Part shown: positions 20,980 through 32,382 of the stretch, piece by piece
How positions within the stretch are numbered: the first letter of the stretch is position 1
How the letters are laid out: each line of letters begins with the position of its first letter
NCBI RefSeq assembly: GCF_000143415.4
Contig: NW_003314262.1
Coordinates: forward strand, 2,592,603-2,656,602
Length of the DNA: 64,000 bases
Direction of reading: 5' to 3'
From: Selaginella moellendorffii
Lineage: Eukaryota; Plantae; Lycopodiophyta
Position numbers and translations under genes: made by a program
Notes under the pieces: generated by a model
The model's input: the letters and a program-made list of their open reading frames with translations, nothing else
The model's database searches: none
Told to the model about the DNA's origin: nothing

Positions 20980-22720
20980 ATGAAGACTTACAGGGGAATG
21001 CTGCTCCTTTCAGTGATGCTAGTAGCTACATTGTCTTGGGCAGCAAGGGAAACAAGCGAAGTCATGGAACCGGCGCACCATTGTCCGGACCACGACGACG
21101 GCGATTATTACAGGTGCAGAGGTAGATTTAACGGGGGTGGAGGTCCCAACATCGGTGATGGAAGTGGCGGTAACTTTGGTGGAGGCAACGGCGGTAACTT
21201 TGGTGGTGGTGGAGGAAACTTTGGAAACGGGGGAGGGCCTGGTTCCAACTTTGGGGGTGGAACTGGGGGGAGCTTTGGAAATGGCGGTGGTGGCCCGGGT
21301 TCCAACTTCGGGGGTGGTGGAAGCTTTGGGAATGGAGGTGGTGGCCCGGGTTCCAACTTTGGAGGTGGTGGTCCGGGTTCCAATTTTGGAGGTGGAAGTG
21401 GAGGGAGTTTTGGCAATGGAGGTGGTCCGGGTTCGAACTTTGGTGGTGGAAGTGGAGGGAATTTTGGCAATGGAGGTGGTCCGGGTTCTAACTTTGGTGG
21501 TGGAAGCGGAGGGAGTTTTGGCAGTCCTGGAGGGAACATCGGCAGTGGAGGAGGCAGCGGAATTGGTGGTGGAAGCGGAGGGAGTTTTGGCAGTCCTGGA
21601 GGGAACATCGGCAATGGAGGAGGCAGTGGAATTGGTTTTGGTAGCCCGAATGCTGGCGGAGGTGATGCGTCTGGGAGCAGCGGTGGTAACTCAGGTCTAA
21701 GAATCGGTTTCTACTCGTCATCGTGTCCAAATGCGGAGAGCATTGTGCGAGCTGCCTTCTCTGGAAATTTTATTACCGATCCAACAGCACCCGCAGCACT
21801 CCTTCGGCTGGCTTTTCACGACTGCCAAGTCGGGGTAAGCATTTTTCTCGTTTCCTTTTCATGCTTTTTTATACGTTTTGTTCTACAGGGTTGCGACGCG
21901 TCCATCTTGCTCGACTCGAAAGGTTCCATCAAAAGCGAGAGAGACTCGGACAAGAACTTTGGCATCCGCCGCTTGGATTTCATCGACAGGATCAAGTCGA
22001 TGCTGGAGGCTGCCTGTCCGGGAGTCGTCTCGTGCGCGGACATCATCGTTCTGGTGGCCAGAGAATCCATCGTCTTCACCGGAGGCCCGACAATCCCCGT
22101 GCTCACAGGAAGAAGAGATGGCACAGCCGCTTCCAACGCCGCAGCCGACAGGCTGTTGCCTCCAGCAACCGTAAGCGTCGACAACTTCATCAGCCTCTTC
22201 GCATCCAAGGGCCTCTCTCTCGACGAAAGCGTTGCAATCATCGGTACGTTTCAAGGCTTTTCTTTCCAGCAAACTTTCCAAGGACGATTGATCCGAACTT
22301 CTGTACTTTTGCATTCCAGGAGCTCACACAATTGGAGTTGGGCACTGCGTCAACATTGTGAATCGGCTCTATCCAAACCAGGACAGTAAGATCGGCCTCC
22401 TGTTCGCGAGCCGGCTGAGAGTCCAGTGCCCGACGGCCAATCCCCGGATGCTCAACAACATTACAGTGATCAACAACGATATGACCAACCTCGTGTTTGA
22501 CAACCAGTACTTCCGGGACCTTATGAACGGGCAGGGGCTCTTCACCATCGATTCGGAGCTTGCGCTGGACAGCCGCACGTCGCCAGTGGTGGCGCGCTTC
22601 TCCACGAACCAGCAGCTCTTCCTCGACACATTCTCTTCGGCTTTCGTCAAGCTCACGTCCAGCAATGTCTTGACGGGACAGAGTGGACAGGTTCGAAAGT
22701 ACTGCCACTCGGTGAACTAG
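20980..22720 (+). CDS. Secreted class III peroxidase with N-terminal glycine-rich repeat domain; exons 20980-21834, 21889-22243, 22320-22720
   Basis: Signal peptide, LRIGFYSSSCPNAE, distal LLRLAFHDCQV|GCDAS, VVSCADI, GRRDG, proximal GAHTIG, FDNQYF, GQVRKYC; introns restore the frame. Confidence 0.94.
21130..21690 (+). repeat. Coding Gly-rich repeats (GGPGSNFGGG / SGGSFGNGG / GSPGGNIG)
   Basis: About 180 codons of imperfect tandem peptide repeats within peroxidase exon 1. Confidence 0.9.
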
Positions 22721-23901
22721 ATTTATAGAGTATTGGGAGACGCCATTTTGGATGTTGCTTCTTGTTCAGAGTTTAGAAGTTGCATTTGGCTTCCACAAAT
22801 ATTCTATGGAGTTGTAGAATTAGTCTTTTGACTTAGCACTTATATGATATTTATGTTATTTTGGAAGATTTTGTTTGAGTAAAATTATTATTGAGAAAAA
22901 ACAAGAGGTTTGTCATTTCAAAGTAGAATTTGTAAAAACTTTCCACTTTTCCATGAGAAGAACATGTAAGTTCAATTATTATCTTTGACTTTGTTTTAAA
23001 GATTATTTCTTGAGATAGCAAATAAACAAGAATGTATTGAAAAATAATTTTAAAGAATTCATAAAATAAAGTTAAAATTTAATGTTTTAAATTTGTATCA
23101 AGATTGGAAGATTTTGAAGTAAACCTCCCCAAAGTTATTGTTATTATTTTATATTGTTGTGGTATATATTTTACTAACAATATATTAATTGCAGAGATGA
23201 ACAATTACTTGATACATATTGAAGGGAAGGATCCGATTTGCCCTCATGCCCAACTAAAGTGAGTGAAAGGTGTAATCTTGAACTTTGAAAAATAATTAAA
23301 TTAAATTTCTTTCAAAAGTAAATTAAAACTTCAAAAAACAACTAAAAACATAACTTTTAATTTTTAAAATTAACAATTATATTAATTATTCTAAAAATAT
23401 CATGTTCATGGCCAATTATGTATTTATAAATTAAAATTTCTTTGCAATTAACCTTTTAATCTTTATAATATATAAAAGCATCACTCACAGCATAAATATT
23501 AAAATAAAGAATGGGTTAACTTTTATTTGATGTAATGCCATTAATTGTTATTCCCTTTTGTCTATTTAGTTTCACAAATTTAATCTTGCTATATTTATTT
23601 ATATTTTATTTTCAAAATTTAAATTAATATTAAAGTTGTGAGGCTTTTTATTATTATTGTAGTAAAATTTAATATCGAAAGGAGTTGTATTAAGGATAAC
23701 TCTCAATTAATTATGCCTATAAAGTGTAATGTGGATTCCCATTTCACAACATCATTCCAACTAAAGTTTAAAGTTTTCATAATTATAATTAATATTACAA
23801 TTCATCCTTTTAATTTTAATTAAACTAATTAAAAAGGCACCTTTTCGAAAATAAGTATAAATCTGTGGACCCAGAATGTGTACACTAGGGTTTATTGCAT
23901 C

Positions 23902-24525
23902 ATGAAGAGGAAGGCACAGGACGCAGAGATCCCCATGCTCGATGATCTGGAAGACGAGGTCCAAGGCGACGGATGGGAGTACGAGGGAGGCTTGGCTTGC
24001 CCTCCTTGGGACCCGGAAGCTCTCAAAAGCTTCTGTGCCATGGAGGACTGGTGTGGAGAGCCGGTGATGGCGAGAGTCAAGCCCAAAGAGCCCGCGAACA
24101 AGCCCAAGATTTCGAGCAATCCCGAGAGGCCAGAGACTCTGAGCAAGCCCAGTTCGAGCGAGCCCAAGAGGCCCAAGACTCCAAGCGAGCCCAAGCGGCC
24201 AAATATTTCGAGCGAGCCCAAGAGGCCCAAGACTTCGAGCGAGCCCAAGCGGGCAAAGGCTTCGAAAAGCTGTGGTGGTGAGGCCAAGACGAGGAAGAAC
24301 GCGTCCGCAAAGGTGACGCCCGAGCTGCGAGCGCTGCTAGCGAAGGTGAGGGCTACGCTGCCCGAGCAAATCGACTGCCCGTGGTGTGGGCGCATCTGGT
24401 GCACGAGGTTCTACGATTTCAACAATCACAAGCCTGGGCAGCCCCGGTACCATTGTAAGCCATGCAAGCGGACCTGGACCAAAGACAAGGTGCCAAGGCC
24501 AAGGAGCAAAAGGCCAGCATTCTAG
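23902..24525 (+). CDS. Atypical Dof-like zinc-finger protein, copy 1 (207 aa)
   Basis: CPWC-x22-CKPC with TRFYDFNN...QPRYHC...TWTK, aligning to the Dof consensus TKFCYYNN...QPRHFC...YWTK; Lys/Pro repeats; telo-box TAGGGTTT just upstream of the ATG. Confidence 0.8.
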   Translation: MKRKAQDAEIPMLDDLEDEVQGDGWEYEGGLACPPWDPEALKSFCAMEDWCGEPVMARVKPKEPANKPKISSNPERPETLSKPSSSEPKRPKTPSEPKRPNISSEPKRPKTSSEPKRAKASKSCGGEAKTRKNASAKVTPELRALLAKVRATLPEQIDCPWCGRIWCTRFYDFNNHKPGQPRYHCKPCKRTWTKDKVPRPRSKRPAF

Positions 24526-24844
24526 ACCATCGATCCACATGTTTCTTCTCACCTTAGATCAAAGAATCATATACAAGGGAATTTGATTTACCAGAGTTTC
24601 TAGCTTACCTGGGCTGAGCTTAAAGGTGCCAGCGTTCTGTTTTTTTTTTTGTTTTTTTCTTTTCCTCGTTTCTTCATTTCTTGGCGTACCTCTGCGTTTT
24701 TTTTCCAACACTGACTCAGAGTATAAAGCAAGACCAATGTAAGGCAGAGTATTGCAACTTCAAACAGTGAGTATTTAATAATTTGCTTCCCAAGTGCGAG
24801 AAACAACTGTACGTTTATACGTTTTTATACGTTTTGTTCTATAG

Positions 24845-25610
24845 GGTTGCGACGCGTCCATCTTGCTCGACTCGAAAGGTTCCATCAAAAGCGAAAGAGA
24901 CTCGGACAAGAACTTTGGCATCCGCCGCTTGGATTTCATCGACAGGATCAAGTTGATGCTGGAGGCCGCCTGTCCGGGAGTCGTCTCGTGCGCGGACATC
25001 ATCGTTCTGGTGGCCAGAGAATCCATCGTCTTCACCAGAGGCCCGACAATCCCCATGCTCACAGGAAGAAGAGACAGCACAGCCGCTTCCAACGCCGCAG
25101 CCGACAGGCTGTTGCCTCCAGCAACCGTAAGCGTCGACAACTTCATCAGCCTCTTCGCATCCAAGGGCCTCTCTCTCGACGAAAGCGTTGCAATCATCGG
25201 TACGTCTCAAGGCTTTTCTTTCCAGCAAACTTTCCAAGGACAATTGATCCGAACTTCTGTACTTTTGCATTCCAGGAGCTCACACAATTGGAGTCGGGCA
25301 CTGTGTCAACATTGTGAATCGGCTCTATCCAAACCAGGACAGTAAGATCAGTCTCCTGTTTGCGAGCCGGCTGAGAGTCCAGTGCCCGACGGCCAATCCC
25401 TGGATGCTCAACAACATTACAGTGATCAACAACGATATGACCAACCTCGTCTTTGACAACCAGTACTTCCGGGACCTTATAGCGCGCTTCTCCACGAACC
25501 AGCAGCTCTTCCTCAACACATTCTCTTCGGCTTTCGTCAAGCTCACGTCCAGCAATGTCTTGACAGGACAGAGTGGACAGGTTCGAAAGTACTGCCACTC
25601 AGTGAACTAG
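24845..25610 (+). pseudogene. 5'-truncated copy of the class III peroxidase (exons 2-3), copy 1
   Basis: Near-identical to 21889-22720; lacks exon 1 (signal peptide, distal His); 66-bp deletion in exon 3. Confidence 0.92.
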
Positions 25611-26049
25611 ATTTATAGAGTATTGGGGAGATGCACTTTTGGATGTTGCTTCTTGTCAAGAGTTTAGAAGTTGCATTTGGCTTCCACAAATATTGAATGG
25701 AGTCAGCACTTACATGTTATTTTGGAAGATTTTGATAGAGTAAAATTATCATTGAAAAAAAACACAAAAATATTTTGAAAAATAATTTTAAAGAATTCAT
25801 GAAATGAAGTGAAAATTTAATGTTTAAGATTTGTATCAAAATTAGAAGATCTTATAATAAACCTTTCCAAAGTTATTATTATTATTTTATATTGTTATGG
25901 TATGTAATTTACTAGTAATATATTAATTGCCGAGATAGATTGGTGGATATGGAGGAAAAGGATTTAGTTTGCCCTCAATAAGCCAGCCAAAGTAAGTGGG
26001 AGGAGTAATTTTGAACTTTGAAAAAAAAAATTTCTTTCAAAATTAAATT

Positions 26050-29000
26050 TGTGAGTGCATGGAATATGGAAAGGGAATACATGTGCATATCAATTAGCCC
26101 AAAAACCCTAGCATATATACAGGAGCGAGTGGTTCGGATTGAAACCAATCTGACGGCTACCAAAATCCCACTATGCTAATATTAATATACAGCATCGTAA
26201 CCGTACACTTGGCCCTCATATCATCCCCTCCTCTCAGAATAATGGAAGACCATCAGGGTTCTCTTGTAGACGGGCCGGGATCTGGAGGAACATCAAGAGG
26301 AGGCATCGGTGGTTCTGTAGATGGTATTAACCGCTCCTGATCCCTTTGTATGAAGCGTTTCAACCATTGCACATGCACAATCTTTGGAGGATTAGCCTGC
26401 TGGACGTCATGCCGAACCTCATAAACTTGTGGTTCAACTTGCTGCAACACACAATACGGTCCTTTCCACTGTGCAAGGAGCCCCTTAGATAAACCACATA
26501 CCGTAAGATGGGGAAAACGGACTAACACCAAATCATCCACTTTGTACTCCGCAGGTGGACGATGATGGGAGTTGTAGCGCCGTTGTTGTCCCACTTGTAC
26601 GCAGTCTAAGTGTTCGGCAGACTCTGCTCGGACAAGTGGAAGAATGCTAGTCAAATATTGATCCCATGATCTAGCATCCGCAACTCATGGCAATCGCGAA
26701 GGTAAACTCAGCTCCGTTGGTAATATTGGATCATGACCATATAAGAGTTTATATGGTGAAGCACTAACAGAACTCTACACCCCAGTGACATATGCATACC
26801 AAAGAGACGGCAAATAACCATCCCAATCCGAATGCTGAAAGTTCACATACTTTGCAATCATCCCCTTGAACGTCTGAACGAGCCGTTCCACCAGACCGTC
26901 TGATTGTGGATGATAAACACTCGTGAAAGTGTGGCAAATCCCCAACCGAGACGTCAAAACATGAAATGCCTCAGCCATAAATGCGGGACCATTATCTGAA
27001 AGAATCCGCTCTGGACAAGAATGTTAGAACACCACTCGATTGAGGAGGAAGTATCCAACAGCAGTTGTAGAGGCACTAGCAAGAGCACCAACTTCCATCC
27101 AACGAGTCAAATAGTCAGAAGCAATAATAACATACTCATTGCCAGTAATCGACCATGGAAAAGGTCCCATAAGATCAAATGCCACCAACTCAAACGGACG
27201 GGAAATTGCAATTGACTCCAACCGTCCTTCCGCTGCCGGAGGGGGAGTATTACGAGCTTGGCACCAAATGCAGCTACGCACATACCAGATAATATCACGT
27301 TGCATCTCCGGCTAATAGAAAGACCTGCGTAGCTTCTCGATTACACGGCGATGTCCCATATGCCCACCTAGAACAGGAGAATCATGGTAGGCATGGAAAA
27401 ACTACAGAATAAAGATAGAAGGCACCACCAGCCGTAAATGATCATCAAAATCTGTCCCCACAAAATAAAGAAGGCCATCTTTAAGACGATATTGAGAATG
27501 TAAATGCCGAAAAGGCAAGTCATCAGCAAGTGATGCAGGATTCTCAAACCCATCTCGAAGCCTTTGAATCCATGGCTCAATCTTTTGAGCCTCGCAAACC
27601 TCATCAAGCGAAGGTAGATCTTGCTCTGCACCTTGTGGACACTGAACATCAAGTATAGCAACTGCCGAAGGCACAGAATCCTTGTCTAGAAAATCCACAG
27701 ATGCTGGAACAATAGGCTCATTAGAAATATGAGAGGAGAGTGAAGAAGGAAGAGGAGCTCGAGAAAGGGCATCAACATCAGCCATAAAACTCCCTGGGCG
27801 GTGAATAACATCAAAATCATATATGTGAAGCTTCAAAGCCCACCGAGCAGTACGACCAACTAGGTTCTTCCGCTTTAATAATGAAGTAACAGCAGCATGG
27901 TCACCTTCAAGTAACGTCTGAGAACCATGTAGATATGCATGAAGTTTCTCAAAACCCCAAACTGCTGCTAAACACTCCTCTGTCGTGGAGTAGTTCATCA
28001 CTGCTAGTTGTAATGTACGGCTTATATATGCAATGGGATGGCGCTGATCAAGCACACTCGAGCTCTCTTGCATTAACACACCTCCAAGACCAATGTCAGA
28101 AGCATCTACTTGCAAAATAAAAGGTCGAGTGTAGTCAGGATATGCCAAAACCGGAGGAGTTGTCAATAATTCTTTGAGATCCCCGAATGCCCGCTCACAA
28201 TCTGAAGACCAAATGAAAGATGACGTTGATGACTTTAGCAACGCTCGCAATGGTGCAGTGCGATCAGAAAGATGATCCACAAAACACCTGAGATACTGCA
28301 CCTTGCCCAAGAAGCGCTGCACATCATTCACACACTTCGGAGTAGGGAACTTTAGAACAGCCACAAGTTTGTCAGGATCAACTTGCAAACCCTCACGAGA
28401 AATACGGCACCCAAAATAAGTTGTGTCCTTGGATCCAAACACACACTTCGACCGCTTCAGCTTTAAACCAATGTCACGTAGCCGATCCAACACTTTACAA
28501 ACATCACAAACGTGCTCCTCCCACATCCCCTCTGAGTGAATCAAGACATCATCAATGAAATCAGCAATCACCTCCAGCATATTGCAAAGAACCTCGTCCA
28601 TCATCTGTTGAAAAGTTGCTGGAGCATTGTTCAAACCAAATGGCATCACCAAGAACTCATACAAACCAAATGGTTTATGAAAAGCAATCTTAGGAATATC
28701 TTCTTCGACCATCAGTACTTGCTAGTACCCAGAAGCAAAATCTAGCTTGGTGAACCAACGACTTCGCCCCAAACGATCTAAGAGATCAGCAGTGTGAGGA
28801 AGAGGGTACACATCCGGGATCGTTATGTCATTTAACAGACGATAGTCGATGCAGAAACTAATACTCCTATCAGGCTTCGTCACAAGATGAGGTTCACATG
28901 CCCAAGGACTCCGCGACTTCCGAATAACACCCTTCTCCAACATCTTTTTGACATTTGCATGTAAAATCTTGATCTCCTTTGGTGACCAACGACGAACAGG

Positions 29001-31035
29001 AACCTTGATTGGACGAGCATCCCCAGTTGGAATTGGATGACGTGTGGCAATCTTGGCTCCAGACGATAGGTCAAAGTCAAAGAGATCAGAATACTCCTTC
29101 ATGAGCTTGTCAACTGCTGCAACACATAGATCGTCGGAGGGATCGGAAAAGGGAAGAGCAGAACAAGATGGAAATACAGGAGGAAATAGTGGGGAAACAA
29201 AAGTAATGGAAGCAGAGGTAGAAGTAGAGGGACAAAAAGGTACTGAAGTGAGAGGAATGGATGAAACATAAGGAAGTACAAGACAAGGGGGAGAAGCCTC
29301 AAAGTCACATTTGGCATGATTGCGCTGCAACCAATCCATACCAAGAATGAGGTCAAAAGCTTGACTCGGCACCACCCACAACGATTGCAACTCAAGCTTG
29401 AGATTGCCCACACGCACAACCAGGTCTGCCTCATCCCGTGCACATGCATGTATACGGCCGTTGCCATAAAGAATGAAAACTGGTTCCGCCGCACGACGCA
29501 AGTGTAGACGACAATGTGTGGCAATAGGTTGAGCAATAGAAGATAAACTCGAACCTGTATCAACCAATACAAAGAGAATAATAAAAGACCTCTTGTTATA
29601 AAGACGAGCTTGGAAAGTAAACATTGGATGAACTGGTGCCAAGTGAACCCCTTGATGATACTCCTAAAAGAAAGATGGAGGGGTCACTGACTTATTCGCG
29701 TAAGGTTCCTCCATTACTCGCGTGACTCCTCGTTTCCCGGATGCATCTCAGTGTCCAAACCTTCCATTGCAGCAGCACCAACGGGACGTTACTGACGCCA
29801 AGGTCTCCACCCAGGAAATGGAGGTCGCCAATCCGGAAAACGCTGACAACGCCGATAAGTATGACCAACTTCATCACATGTTCAGCAGCGAACATCACGG
29901 CCACGACCACGTCCTCGCCCGTGACCTTGGACTCGAGCAGCAGCAGCATCAACCTCCATTGGAACAAGACCATCACCCACAGAAAGTGGAGCTGAAGGAC
30001 GTGCAGCGAGAAGTGGAAGAGGCGATGTCTCATAACGTTGTGCCAAGTGAAGAGCATCATCAAGGGTGGTAGGAGCAAGTGCATGCACAAGTCCGACAAG
30101 ATCTTGACAAAGTGCTGGCCACAACATTCCTAGCTTGATCCGCTCCGACATATTTGGCTCCGCACGAAGCAAAAGACTTCGGAAACGAACACCAAATTGC
30201 ATCACCGACTCAGATGGCCCTTGGTGAAGACGATGCAATTCTTGGAAAGCATCATCACAGTTATCAGCATGTTCAAAGGCGCGTTTGAAGACATCCGAAA
30301 GAACACTCCAATCCCTGCGAGTGGCTGCTCCCAAACCGTTGTACCATTGCAACGCCGTCCCTTGGAGACATGTGGGAAACTCACGCAAACGTCAAGCATT
30401 ATCCCAAGAATGATATGTGGCAATCACTGTAAAGTGATCGAACCAATGGTACACATCATATTTTAGCTTTTTGTCATTTTTTTTCTTTTGTTCTTTCTTT
30501 TTCATTCGTCTCCATGGCAGATCAACAATCTCCTCCTTTGACTCTGGAGCAGCAGTTAGTACAATTGCTTAATGCTATGTGCTTGCAATTGAACAACCAA
30601 ACTTAGTTAATGGCGGCGTTCATGGCACATGGTACAACTCCTCTTACTCTTGGTGCCAATCCTTGTGTTCGGCCAAAGTTCTTTCACGGGAATCCTGGGG
30701 ATGCAAAAAGCTAAATCTAAACCAAAATCATGAAAGGAAATAACAAAAGAAAGGAAATAGAAAAAACTAGATCTAGACAATGCAAAAGCTAGATCTAAAT
30801 TGAAATCCCAAATCCAAGCACTCCCCAGGGACAATCAAAGGTGCCCCTCACCTCCACCAATGTAAGTGCATGGAATATAGAAAGGGAATATAGAAATGTG
30901 CATATCAATTAACCCAAAAACCCTAACTTATATATAGGAGTGAGTGGTTTGGATTGAAACCAATCCGACGGCTACCAAAATCCTACTACGTTAATATTAG
31001 TATATGGCATCATAATCGTACATTTGGCCCTCACA
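26050..31035 (-). mobile_element. Degenerate Ty3/gypsy LTR retrotransposon, copy 1 (3' LTR 26050-26220, 5' LTR 30861-31035)
   Basis: TG...CA ends; AATT TSD; PBS TGGTGGAGGTGAGGGG; PPT GAGAGGAGGGG; gag with CCHC knuckle, protease (LVDTGSS), RT (FIDDVL), RNase H (DASD), integrase (GPF, YHPQSDG, WKGPY); many stop codons. Confidence 0.95.
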
Positions 31036-31749
31036 AATTAAAATTTCAGAAAATAACTAAAAATATAGCTTTTACTTTTTTAAATTAACAATTATATATA
31101 TTATTCTAAAGATATTGTGTTCATGGCCAAGTATGTATTTATAAATTAAATTTTCTTTGCAATTAACCTTTTAATCTCTATAATATATAAAAACATCACT
31201 CACAACCTAAATATTAGGATGAAGAGTGGGCTTAAGTTTTATTTAATGTAGTGCTATTAATTATTTTTCCCTAATGTTTATCTAGTTTCACAAATTTAAT
31301 CTTGCTATATTTACTTTTATTTTATTTGCACAAATCAAATGAATATTAAAGTTGTGAGGCTTTTTATTGTTATTATAGCAAAATGTAATATCAAAAGGAG
31401 TTGTATTAAGGATAACTCTTAATTAATTATGCTTCTAAAGTTCTCTTACTGTTAGCATGGAAATCAGGGATGGGTGTTTTGCATGGCTTCGTGCCTAGAA
31501 TTTCCAAATACAAAGCCTTTTTTTTAATCTAAATGCTCTTCAGTATTAATACTGCCTTGCAAGACTGAAAGTGCAATGTGGATTCCCATTTTGCAACATC
31601 ATTCCAACTAAAGTTTAAAGTTAGCATAATTATAAATAATATTACAAGTCATCCTTTTCATTTTTAATTAAACTAATTAAAAAGGCACCTTTTTGAGAAT
31701 AAGTATAAATGTGTGGACCCAGAATGTGTACACTAGGGTTTATTGCATC

Positions 31750-32382
31750 ATGAAGAGAAAGGCGCAGGACGCAGAGATCCCCATGCTCGATGATCTGGAA
31801 GACGAGGTCCAAGGCGACGGATGGGAGTACGAGGGAGGCTTGGCTTGCCCTCCTTGGGACCCGGAAGCTCTCAAAAGCTTCTGTGCCATGGAGGACTGGT
31901 GTGGAGAGCCGGTGATGGCGAGAGTCAAGCCCAAAGAGCCCGCGAACAAGCCCAAGATTTCGAGCAATCCCGAGAGGCCAGAGACTCTGAGCAAGCCCAA
32001 GAGAAAGAGTTCGAGCGAGCCCAAGAGGCCCAAGACTCCAAGCGAGCCCAAGCGGCCAAATATTTCGAGCGAGCCCAAGAGGCCCAAGACTTCGAGCGAG
32101 CCCAAGCGGGCAAAGGCTTCGAAAAGCTGTGGTGGTGAGGCCAAGACGAGGAAGAACGCGTCCGCAAAGGTGACGCCCGAGCTGCGAGCGCTGCTAGCGA
32201 AGGTGAGGGCTACGCTGCCCGAGCAAATCGACTGCCCGTGGTGTGGGCGCATCTGGTGCACGAGGTTCTACGATTTCAACAATTACAAGCCTGGGCAGCC
32301 GAGGTACCACTGTAAGCCATGCAAGCTTACCTGGACCAAAGACAAGGTGCCAAGGCCAAGGAGCAAAAGGCCAGCATTCTAG
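31750..32382 (+). CDS. Atypical Dof-like zinc-finger protein, copy 2 (210 aa)
   Basis: Intact ORF, near-identical to copy 1. Confidence 0.8.
   Translation: MKRKAQDAEIPMLDDLEDEVQGDGWEYEGGLACPPWDPEALKSFCAMEDWCGEPVMARVKPKEPANKPKISSNPERPETLSKPKRKSSSEPKRPKTPSEPKRPNISSEPKRPKTSSEPKRAKASKSCGGEAKTRKNASAKVTPELRALLAKVRATLPEQIDCPWCGRIWCTRFYDFNNYKPGQPRYHCKPCKLTWTKDKVPRPRSKRPAF

Noticed and set aside
21108-21614. Extensin-like Pro-rich minus-strand ORF
   Set aside because: It is the reverse complement of the peroxidase Gly codons.
24100-24270. Regular 27-bp repeats as a CRISPR-like array
   Set aside because: Contiguous in-frame coding minisatellite with no unique spacers, in eukaryotic DNA.
23892-24404. 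Leu/Gly repeat ORFs antisense to each Dof-like copy, and alternative-frame ERAQEAQD ORFs
   Set aside because: By-products of the 27-bp coding repeat, with no independent evidence.
28519-28527. TCCCACATC resembling a Pol III USE (possible telomerase RNA or snRNA promoter)
   Set aside because: It lies inside gypsy RT coding sequence with no correctly spaced TATA box; no telomerase RNA candidate was found in the window.
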